In this document: positions 7,920 to 15,454 of the stretch, in pieces | Numbering within the stretch: the stretch's first letter is position 1 | Layout of the letters: every line of letters starts with the position of its first letter | From: a virus | Lineage: Duplodnaviria; Caudoviricetes | DNA: 38,461 bases | Strand: one strand, 5' to 3' | Virus record (IMG/VR): IMGVR_UViG_3300031991_000113 | Coordinates: 1-38,461 of that record | Notes under the pieces: generated by a model | What the model saw: the letters and a program-made list of their open reading frames with translations, nothing else | Databases searched by the model: none | Told to the model about the DNA's origin: nothing | Made by a program: the position numbers and the translations under genes

Positions 7920-9147
7920 CGACCAGAACCTCCAGCTCCTGGCCGCCGCTTGCGAAGCCCGGATGTCTGACGCGGTTCCGCCGCGCGATATCGGCGCCGC
8001 GATCGAAGAGCCCCGTCAGGTCGTCGCCATCGACCTGATAGGCAAGCAGGCTTGTGGAGGTCGTGCGGAGCGGCCGCAAAACGGCCAGTTGCGGAAGCGG
8101 CGCCGCGCGGGTGGCGACGTCGCGCGTCACCGCCACCCGCAAGTCCGTGAGCGCGCGCCAACTCGCATCGCCATCGGCCTCGGCCGCCGCGTCGGCGACG
8201 AGATCGAGCGCGAGGCCGGTGCGGTCGCGCCATGCGAGAGCGTCGTTCTTGCTTGCCCAGCCTTCGATCATGCCGCTACGCGCCGCCTCGATCGCCGCCC
8301 CGGCACGCAGGGCGGTGATGACGGCCGTTTGATTTTGCGCGGCGCGGAGGCGGGCCGGCGTGTTGGCGACGGGCACGGGCAAGCCCGTCCCGAGGCCGGT
8401 CGGCTCCGCGATCGAGAGAAGCGTATCGCTGATCGGGAGGCCCGTTGCCTTGGATGGTCCCCGAAAAACGCCGGTCAGCCGAGCGCCGAGCGCACGGGCG
8501 TCGGTCATCTCTCCGGGAAGGATCGCGGCGAGCCCGGCAAGTCCGGAACCGATGCCGCCCGCCGAAAGCAATCCGGTGAGACCGCCCGAGCGCATCGAGG
8601 TCAGCGTCGAGGCCGACAGGGAACGGATGAGCGTCTGTGCTTCGTCGCCGACAAAGCCCGCGCCGGAGGTCGAGAAGCTGCGCGCGAAGTCGTCCGCGAC
8701 CGCCGCGAGAGCGGCGTCCGACGACGACGAGACGGCGGCGGCCGTGTCGGGCGTGGCGATCGGCGACGGCTGGCCGCCGGCCCGCTGGAAGGGGATCGAG
8801 AGCCGAACGATGCGGCCTTCCGCCGTCGAGTAGCGTGAGCGCACTTCGCCGACGACGACGGCATCGATCTCGCCATAGAGCGGGTGAACGAGACGGCCGG
8901 GACTTTGTTCCGAAAGCGCGTCTTCGAGGCGCGATGCCTGGGCGACGACGTCGTCGCCGTTCAGGATCGCCTCTATGATGAAGGTCTGCGGAAGCTTGCC
9001 GAGAAACTCCTGCGAGACGTCGTCGCGCAAAATGAAATCATGAACGGAGACGCGCGGGCCGAAGCTTTTCTCGGCCGTCTCGACCTCGAAGCTGATGCCG
9101 CGAAAACTGGCCGGGCGGAGCGTGTCGAAGAAACCTTTCCCGCTCAT
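7912..9147 (-). CDS. DNA circularisation protein, Mu gpN-like
   Basis: LRPASFRGISFEV, PGRLVHPLYG, C-terminal IARRNRVRHPGF; start MSGKGF at 9147. Confidence 0.9.
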   Translation of the reverse strand: MSGKGFFDTLRPASFRGISFEVETAEKSFGPRVSVHDFILRDDVSQEFLGKLPQTFIIEAILNGDDVVAQASRLEDALSEQSPGRLVHPLYGEIDAVVVGEVRSRYSTAEGRIVRLSIPFQRAGGQPSPIATPDTAAAVSSSSDAALAAVADDFARSFSTSGAGFVGDEAQTLIRSLSASTLTSMRSGGLTGLLSAGGIGSGLAGLAAILPGEMTDARALGARLTGVFRGPSKATGLPISDTLLSIAEPTGLGTGLPVPVANTPARLRAAQNQTAVITALRAGAAIEAARSGMIEGWASKNDALAWRDRTGLALDLVADAAAEADGDASWRALTDLRVAVTRDVATRAAPLPQLAVLRPLRTTSTSLLAYQVDGDDLTGLFDRGADIARRNRVRHPGFASGGQELEVLVDG

Positions 9148-9452
9148 GCGATCCCCATTGCCGCTTCGATGGCCTCGCGCCTGCAATCGTTCCATGCCCG
9201 AAGACAGGCGGCATGGGTTCGGTCGAGCGCGCGGGCGAGGACGAGTTGACGCGCGAGATCGCCTTGCGCGAGGGCCATTTTCCGCCGCCGAAGGAATTTC
9301 CTGTGTCGGCGCTCGGCGCTCGCCTTGAAGGCCCTTGTCTGGCGCGAAATCATCCGCCAGTGCTTGGCGCAGATGATTTCGCAACCCGCGTACTTCTCGG
9401 CCGGCGCCGTGCGCCCGCAAAAGGGAACGATGCAGGCGATGCGCGCACTCAT
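9144..9452 (-). CDS. Cys/His-rich basic hypothetical protein inserted in the tail operon
   Basis: CIVPFC...ICAKHW putative Zn site; ATGA overlaps with both neighbours. Confidence 0.7.
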   Translation of the reverse strand: MSARIACIVPFCGRTAPAEKYAGCEIICAKHWRMISRQTRAFKASAERRHRKFLRRRKMALAQGDLARQLVLARALDRTHAACLRAWNDCRREAIEAAMGIA

Positions 9453-11143
9453 GGCATGACCCTTCCGGCATCGACGGTGAGCGGCACACGTGGATTGTTG
9501 CTCTGGGCCGACACGACGCGCGGCGTCCCCTCGCTGTCGATACGCACGTGTAGCTCGCCGCCGACCTGCGTTCGCGCGGCAACGGGAACGTCGGCCGCTC
9601 GCGCGGGCGACCCACCCGTGGCGGCGGTTGACGCCGCGCCTGTGCCGCTCGAAAGGCCGACGAGGCTCGCCACCCGTTTAACGCCGCTTCCGAAGGCGTT
9701 GATCGTGCCGATCACGCCGCCGAAGAGCGTGTTGAACCAATCGACGAAGCCTTGGAAGATCGTCGCCACGCCATCCCATGCCCGGCCGAAGTCGAGCGTG
9801 AAGATGCCCGCGATGAAGTCGACGAAGCCGCCGAAAATCTTCTCAAGGGCCGCGAAGAGCTGACCGAACCAAGGCGCGATGGCGCCCCAATTGCGGTAAA
9901 TGAGAAAAGCGGCGGCGGCGAGCGCCGTGACGGCGATGATGACGGCGCCGATCGGATTGGCCGAGAGGACGAGATTGAAGGCGGCCATGCCGCCATAGCC
10001 CGCCCGGATCGCGGTGACGAAATTCCACACGGCCGCGATCACCGGGCCAAAGACGAGCTTGCCAACGCTCAAGGACGTGAGCGTAAAAGCCTTGGCTAGC
10101 CCCCCAAGCTCGAAGCCGAGCTGGGCGACCGAGATCACCAGCTTCCCGGCGACGATGCCGCCGAAGATGAGCATGGCGGCGTTCGTCGGCCCGATGACGC
10201 TCGCCACGAGCCTGAACAACGAGACGATCGGCCTCAGCACCGCGAGGAGAAGTTTTGCGGCGTCGCGAATGGAAGAGATGACGGCGGGGAGAGCGGCGAG
10301 GAACGCCTGAACGCGCGTGCCGATGAGCGCCCGGTTCGCCACCACCCACTCGGTCATGTTGACGATGAGCGGGTTGAGGATCGGAATGAGAGACGAGGCG
10401 ATGGTGTTGAAGACGCCAAAGACGGACGATTGCAGCCGCGAGAGATTGTCATTGAAGTCTTCGGACTGCTTCGACGCCGCTCCGCCGATGACGACGCCGA
10501 GATGCTCCGCCTCGTCGGCCGCTTGGCGAAGACCCGCCGCGCCGAGATTGAGCGTCGGAATGAGGTTCGCCCCCGAGCGGCCGAAGAACGTCATGGCGAT
10601 CGCCGTCTTCCTCGCGCCGTCCGGCATCTTGGACAGCCGCTCGGCGATTTCGCCGAAGAGCTGTTCGGTCGGCTTCACCTTGCCATTCGCATCCTTGATG
10701 CTGATGCCGAGCCGGCGAAACTCGGAGCTGGCGGCCTTATTGCCGCGCGCGGCGGCGGTGATTTGACGGTTGAAGAGCGTGAGGCCGAGCCCCAGCTCTT
10801 CGTTGCTCGATCCCGCGAGGTTGGCGGCATGCCCGAGGCGCTGATAACTTTCGACCCCGATGCCGATGCGCTGGGCGGCTTTGGCGGCGGCATCGCCCGC
10901 GTCGGCCGACCGCTTGACCAATCCGAGAAGGCCGCCGGCGATCAGCGTCACGGCGGCGGTCACTTTCAAGGCGGTCTCGCGGGCTTCCTTTGCGACCTTG
11001 CCGAAAGCCGTGCCGACGCGGCCGACGGAGCCGGCGAGGCGCGCGAGGCCCAACTCGGTGTTGAGCCGGCGCACCGTCGACGTGATCGCGCGTACGGGCT
11101 TGGTGACCCGGTCGATCGCTTCGAGAATGACGCTCAGCTTCAT
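9449..11143 (-). CDS. Tail tape measure protein
   Basis: LEAIDRVTKP N-terminus, Ala/Gly-rich helices, FFGRSG, ANPIG...YRNW repeats; position after the chaperone. Confidence 0.92.
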   Translation of the reverse strand: MKLSVILEAIDRVTKPVRAITSTVRRLNTELGLARLAGSVGRVGTAFGKVAKEARETALKVTAAVTLIAGGLLGLVKRSADAGDAAAKAAQRIGIGVESYQRLGHAANLAGSSNEELGLGLTLFNRQITAAARGNKAASSEFRRLGISIKDANGKVKPTEQLFGEIAERLSKMPDGARKTAIAMTFFGRSGANLIPTLNLGAAGLRQAADEAEHLGVVIGGAASKQSEDFNDNLSRLQSSVFGVFNTIASSLIPILNPLIVNMTEWVVANRALIGTRVQAFLAALPAVISSIRDAAKLLLAVLRPIVSLFRLVASVIGPTNAAMLIFGGIVAGKLVISVAQLGFELGGLAKAFTLTSLSVGKLVFGPVIAAVWNFVTAIRAGYGGMAAFNLVLSANPIGAVIIAVTALAAAAFLIYRNWGAIAPWFGQLFAALEKIFGGFVDFIAGIFTLDFGRAWDGVATIFQGFVDWFNTLFGGVIGTINAFGSGVKRVASLVGLSSGTGAASTAATGGSPARAADVPVAARTQVGGELHVRIDSEGTPRVVSAQSNNPRVPLTVDAGRVMP

Positions 11144-11146
11144 CGT

Positions 11147-11305
11147 TCACCCTGACTTTTGCAGCCGCTCCTGCCACGCCCTCGCGCGCGCCGTCCAGAA
11201 CGTCAGCTCGACGGCTCCCCAGCTTTCCCATCCGGTCGGGATGCCGAAGGTTCCTGCGATGAGTTCGAGGCAGTCCCTCCAATCCGGAGGGAAGAGGGCA
11301 AAAAA
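11147..11305 (-). CDS. -1 frameshift extension (GpE'/gpGT-type) of the tail chaperone
   Basis: CGT TTT TTG slips to FALFPPDWRDCLELIAGTFGIPTGWESWGAVELTFWTARARAWQERLQKSG*, ending 3 nt before the TMP start. Confidence 0.8.
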   Translation of the reverse strand, partial: FFALFPPDWRDCLELIAGTFGIPTGWESWGAVELTFWTARARAWQERLQKSG

Positions 11306-11559
11306 CGCTCCATCTCCGCTGAGATGGCGGCGAAGTCGTCGAGGTCGAGCCGGTTCACCTGCTCGTGCGTCAACCGTGTCGACTGTGAGATCAGGTGGCG
11401 CATGAGAGAGCCCTGGCGCTCGCCGGCCTCGTCGAGGGCATTGAGGAGCGCGCCCGTCTGCAATTTTGTCACGGTGACGCTCTCGATGACCTCGACAACC
11501 TCGCCCGTCTCTTTCGTGACCCGCTTGAGCGGATGCTTGAGGAAGACCTCCGACATCAC
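11203..11559 (-). CDS. Tail assembly chaperone (Mu gp41 / P2 gpE-like)
   Basis: LKHPL..., VNRLDLDDF; between tube and TMP; contains a slippery T-run. Confidence 0.85.
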   Translation of the reverse strand: MMSEVFLKHPLKRVTKETGEVVEVIESVTVTKLQTGALLNALDEAGERQGSLMRHLISQSTRLTHEQVNRLDLDDFAAISAEMERFLPSSLRIGGTASNSSQEPSASRPDGKAGEPSS

Positions 11560-11915
11560 ATCAGCTCCTCGGCCGGGTCGCCCGCGACCTTGAGCGAGAC
11601 GTTTCCGCCGTCACCGTCTTTCATCGTGATGGTGTCGGTGCGGAAAGCGTTGCGGATGACGTAGGACTGGCCCGTGTCGCAATCGAAGATCACCGTCGCT
11701 TCCTTGAGGTTGCGCAGTTCTTCGAGCGACATGCCGGCTTCGAGGCTCGTCTCGCACTCGACGGTTGCCGGCACGAGTTCCTCGGCGCGACCGACCTTCG
11801 TGCCCGTGACGACGGTGTTGTTCTTGATGCCGCCGAGATCGAGGGTCGCGCCCTTGTTCGTCTCGATGGTGGTGCCGTTGGCCGTGATCTTCGCACGGCC
11901 GAGAAACTGCGCCAT
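11556..11915 (-). CDS. Tail tube protein (Mu gpM-like)
   Basis: GRAKITANG...GATLDLGG...ATVIFDCDTG; follows the sheath; GGAGG RBS. Confidence 0.88.
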   Translation of the reverse strand: MAQFLGRAKITANGTTIETNKGATLDLGGIKNNTVVTGTKVGRAEELVPATVECETSLEAGMSLEELRNLKEATVIFDCDTGQSYVIRNAFRTDTITMKDGDGGNVSLKVAGDPAEELM

Positions 11916-11927
11916 TTAGAGCCTCCC

Positions 11928-13397
11928 TTAGAGGATGAATTGGATCTGACCGGCGAGCACGCGGAGCTGGTTGATCACGTTGGCCGGGATGAGGACGTTC
12001 ACGCGGTTCGGGTCGGTTGCCGAAATCTCGACGATGAGATCGCGCTTGAACTGGTCGATGTCCTCGACGAGGCCCAGCTCTTGCCAGTCGAGGAAAAGCG
12101 CGATCATCTCGCCGCGAATGCCCTTCGGCGTGACGACATTCGGACCCGGCGTCCCGTCCTTGCCGAGCTTCTTGCGCTTGAACCGCTGCGAGAAACGCGC
12201 GCGCATCGTGAAGCGAAGGAACGAGAGCGTCCGGAGCGTTTCGCTGTCGAGATAGGAGGTGTCGACGAGCCCGTGCGTGTCGAGCCGATACATGGTGATC
12301 GCGCGTTCGAGGATCACTTGCCCGCCTGCGTCGACGATCCACGTCGCGATGCCGTTGTGGAGGAGGATGTCCCGCTCTTCGCGCGTAAAACGGTCGGTGA
12401 TCGCGGGCGGCTTGAGCCCCGTCAGCGGGATATCGCTGACGGGTTGCGCCGGATCGATGCCGGCGGCGAAGGCGGCGGCACCCGCATAGGACGCGGCCCA
12501 TTCCCACGGCGTGTCGAGCGGGGCCTTGACGCCGATCGTCGAGACGAAGGGCGAGTTGCGCGTGACGCCGAAGGCGGCGAGCGCGCCTTGAACGCCGACG
12601 GAGCAGGCATAGGCCAGTGTGTCGATCATCATCAGCGGCCCGGAGCGCACCTTCAGCTCGGTTTCGAGCACGGTGAGATTGGCGGCGTCGGTATAAGGCA
12701 TCGCGACGGTCGTGTACCACTCCGCGCCGATCGCCGCGAAGACGGCGGTAACGTCCGGATTTGTCGCGCCACCCGCCATCGGCGCGATCACGTCTGAAAC
12801 GCCCGCCGGCGTCGCGTCGTCGGAATAGTAGTTGGCGCGAAGGTCGATGGAGTTGCCGGTGAGGCCTTTGTGCTTCGCGGTCACGTTGACCTTCGTTGTG
12901 TCGACACCGTCGACGGCGGCGACGACGGGAAGGTCGCCCGCCGCGTTGACGGCGGCGGCGAAGGCCGTCGCGATCTGCGCGGCCGTCATGGCGGCGGTGA
13001 TGCCGACCTTGACGCGCTGGCCGCCGATGTAGCGTGCGAGCGTGCCCGCTCCGGCCGCTACGGCCGTGAAGGTGAAGCTGCCTGCGGCTTTCACTCCGGC
13101 GGCATCGTCGTCGAGGAAGATCGCCCAGGTCTCCGTCGTCTTGTTCGTGCGGCGGAGCGCCCGCACCATGAGATGACCGATCGAGCCCTGACCGGCCAGT
13201 ACGGCCGCCTGTGCCTCGGAGAAGATCAGGATCGGTTGATTGGAAGGCGCGGTGCCGGACGCGAGCTTCTGGCCGACGATCAGGATTTTGTGCGGCATCA
13301 ACGCGAGGCCCTGCACCGCGCGGCTGTTGTCGAATTCGACAAAGGTGCCCGGCGTGCGGAGGTCGAGCGGGATATCGTTGAAGTTGATGACGTTCAT
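11928..13397 (-). CDS. Tail sheath protein (Mu gpL-like)
   Basis: INFNDIP..LRTPGTFVEFDNSRA, TAKHKGLTGN, PYTD, LLHNGIAT, DPNRVNV. Confidence 0.95.
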   Translation of the reverse strand: MNVINFNDIPLDLRTPGTFVEFDNSRAVQGLALMPHKILIVGQKLASGTAPSNQPILIFSEAQAAVLAGQGSIGHLMVRALRRTNKTTETWAIFLDDDAAGVKAAGSFTFTAVAAGAGTLARYIGGQRVKVGITAAMTAAQIATAFAAAVNAAGDLPVVAAVDGVDTTKVNVTAKHKGLTGNSIDLRANYYSDDATPAGVSDVIAPMAGGATNPDVTAVFAAIGAEWYTTVAMPYTDAANLTVLETELKVRSGPLMMIDTLAYACSVGVQGALAAFGVTRNSPFVSTIGVKAPLDTPWEWAASYAGAAAFAAGIDPAQPVSDIPLTGLKPPAITDRFTREERDILLHNGIATWIVDAGGQVILERAITMYRLDTHGLVDTSYLDSETLRTLSFLRFTMRARFSQRFKRKKLGKDGTPGPNVVTPKGIRGEMIALFLDWQELGLVEDIDQFKRDLIVEISATDPNRVNVLIPANVINQLRVLAGQIQFIL

Positions 13398-13403
13398 TTG
13401 CGA

Positions 13404-13625
13404 TCAATCCTTCTTCGCGGGCTTGGACTTCGAGGCAGGCACCTCGGTTTCGGTCACGGCAGCCGAGACGATCACGTCGCCGTCGCTTTCTCGCCGCCGC
13501 CAGAAGGATGCGTCCTCGACGTTTCTGCCGTCAGCCGGAAGCTCTTCCCTTGTCCCCGGCAGATGGACGAGTCGGTCGGGCGCGGGCGTGACGTGGATCA
13601 GTCGTGGCGTTTTAGGGGCGGACAT
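13404..13625 (-). CDS. DUF2635 / Mu gp38-like protein
   Basis: VTPAPDRLV..P....LPADGRNV....FWRRRESDGDV directly before the sheath. Confidence 0.85.
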   Translation of the reverse strand: MSAPKTPRLIHVTPAPDRLVHLPGTREELPADGRNVEDASFWRRRESDGDVIVSAAVTETEVPASKSKPAKKD

Positions 13626-13628
13626 GGA

Positions 13629-14273
13629 TCAGGCTTCCTCCGGATAGGTGATTTCGTCGGTGGCGGCGGCATTGACGTCATCGGGAAGCGCCGGGCCGGT
13701 CTCGTCGCGCGGCGGCAGTTCCCAGTTCGCATGGAGAATTCTGAGATCGCCGAGCGTCGCGGGATCGATCGCGGTCGACTGATAGTGCGTCGTCGCCAGC
13801 GAAAGCTCGACGCCGTGGCACAGCACGCCGCCGAACATGTAGGGACCGCTCTCGGCAAGCTGGAGGCCGCTCGGCACGCCTTCCGCAACCGGAGGGTTCT
13901 CGACGACGCCGCCAAGCGTGAGATCGCGGCGGAAGGCGAGGCAGAGCTGCTCCACAAGAGAGTCCATCAGGATTTCGGTCTGGCGGCCGTCCTGTAAAGC
14001 CATGAAGCCTTTGATGAGCCAGCCCGTCTCAACGCGGACAAGCACCGAGGTCTTCTCGAATTCGCGCCGCGTCACGCGGCGGATGAACCATCCCCTGAGT
14101 TCCTTCGCGGGTGGCACGCCGCCTCCCGGCGTCGGCGGTTGCCACATGAAGAGCGCGGCGAATTCCTTCACCGCCTTCGCATAGCGCTCGTAGGGATGCA
14201 CGACGCCGACTTCGGCGACCGTGCCGATGCGCGTTCCGATCGCGAGGCGGACGGCTTCGAGCGTCGTCGTCAT
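13629..14273 (-). CDS. Tail completion/terminator-like protein (Mu gp37 position)
   Basis: VGVVHPYERY, LRGWFIRR, FRRDLTLGG, GPYMFGGVLCH; synteny. Confidence 0.7.
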   Translation of the reverse strand: MTTTLEAVRLAIGTRIGTVAEVGVVHPYERYAKAVKEFAALFMWQPPTPGGGVPPAKELRGWFIRRVTRREFEKTSVLVRVETGWLIKGFMALQDGRQTEILMDSLVEQLCLAFRRDLTLGGVVENPPVAEGVPSGLQLAESGPYMFGGVLCHGVELSLATTHYQSTAIDPATLGDLRILHANWELPPRDETGPALPDDVNAAATDEITYPEEA

Positions 14274-14776
14274 GCGCGGCCTCTCTCGATGCGGGCGAGC
14301 GCGCGCGTCGCCGCCGCGTCATAGATCGCGAGGACCTGGCTTTGGTTCTCCGCAAACCCGTCGCGGAACATGAATGCACCCTCGGTGCCCTCTTGCGCGA
14401 TCTTGAAGCGCACCGCCTTGGCGATGTCTTCCGCATCGTCGCCGCGCTTTCCGAGCTTGCGCTCGACCCAGTCGAGCAAGGGTGCGAGCGGGGCCCAATG
14501 CGGGCGCGATCCGAGTTCGACGGGCAGCGCATGTGCCATGCTGGTGCCGACGCCGCCGGCGACGCGGACGCCGCTGATCGCGACCGGCATCGCGCCGATG
14601 CTTTCGCGCAAAGTGCCGGCGCCGCTCGTCGGCGTGCGCTCGATAATCTCGCGCTCCAGCAACAAGGAGCCCTCGGTCGTGGCCGCCGCCATCTCCTCGA
14701 CGAAGATGTCGGGTGCGCGTTCGAGGACGCGCATGAGCTTCGCGGCGTCGTATGTGACCTTGAGATCGGGCGTCAC
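14270..14776 (-). CDS. Neck protein (HK97 gp10-like)
   Basis: TPTSGAGTLRESI, HALPVELGSRPHW, IAQEGTEGAFMF. Confidence 0.8.
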   Translation of the reverse strand: MTPDLKVTYDAAKLMRVLERAPDIFVEEMAAATTEGSLLLEREIIERTPTSGAGTLRESIGAMPVAISGVRVAGGVGTSMAHALPVELGSRPHWAPLAPLLDWVERKLGKRGDDAEDIAKAVRFKIAQEGTEGAFMFRDGFAENQSQVLAIYDAAATRALARIERGRA

Positions 14777-15438
14777 CGCCGCCTCCGCCCGCGATAATGG
14801 GTAAGGCGCCCGCCGCCCGTCGTCGAGGCGAGCGGTTGCATGACGGTCACGCTCGCCGCCTGCACGCGTTTCGGGTCGATGCCGAGGAGATCGTAGTAAC
14901 GCTGGCGGAGCCGCTCCGCGCGCTTGGCGTAGTTCTCCGGCTTTGCCTGATGATTGACGGTGTCGGCCGGGATTGTCGGATTGCCGTCGCCGCTCGTCTC
15001 GGCGGCGATCTGGTCGAAGAGGACGGCGGCGGCGTAGCTCACCACGGCCTCCCGGTCGCCAACGGGGATCGTATCGACGGTATCGGTCAGTTCATGCGCA
15101 CGCACGAGCGTCAGGCGCAGCGTTTCGCCGGCGTTGAACGCGTTCCGGAAAATGACCTTGCGCTCCGCCGGCGTCTGATAGGGATACCACTCCATCCGGC
15201 CGAGCATGGTCGGCGGCATATCGCCGACGGGATATTCGATGGCGAGAACCTTGGCGTCGGCCGGATGGTCGATCGCCATGCCGCCAGGCGCGATCACGTC
15301 CTCGACGATACGGCGCTCGCGGTCCTTGCCATATTGGGCGACAGCCAGAGCGATGGCGCGCGCGACCTGCCCCGCGTCGACGCGGGCGGCGTCGTCGCGG
15401 AGAAGATCGGACGTCAAGGTCTGGAAGTCGCCCAGCAC
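14773..15438 (-). CDS. Putative head-tail adaptor
   Basis: GTG start at 15438 with AAGGGGG RBS; directly after the capsid gene; IEYPVG motif. Confidence 0.65.
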   Translation of the reverse strand: MLGDFQTLTSDLLRDDAARVDAGQVARAIALAVAQYGKDRERRIVEDVIAPGGMAIDHPADAKVLAIEYPVGDMPPTMLGRMEWYPYQTPAERKVIFRNAFNAGETLRLTLVRAHELTDTVDTIPVGDREAVVSYAAAVLFDQIAAETSGDGNPTIPADTVNHQAKPENYAKRAERLRQRYYDLLGIDPKRVQAASVTVMQPLASTTGGGRLTHYRGRRRR

Positions 15439-15454
15439 TGGCCTGCCCCCTTGT

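Noticed and set aside
11611-13407. 598-aa alternative-frame ORF over the sheath/tube genes
   Set aside because: Arg-rich frameshifted shadow caused by GC3 bias
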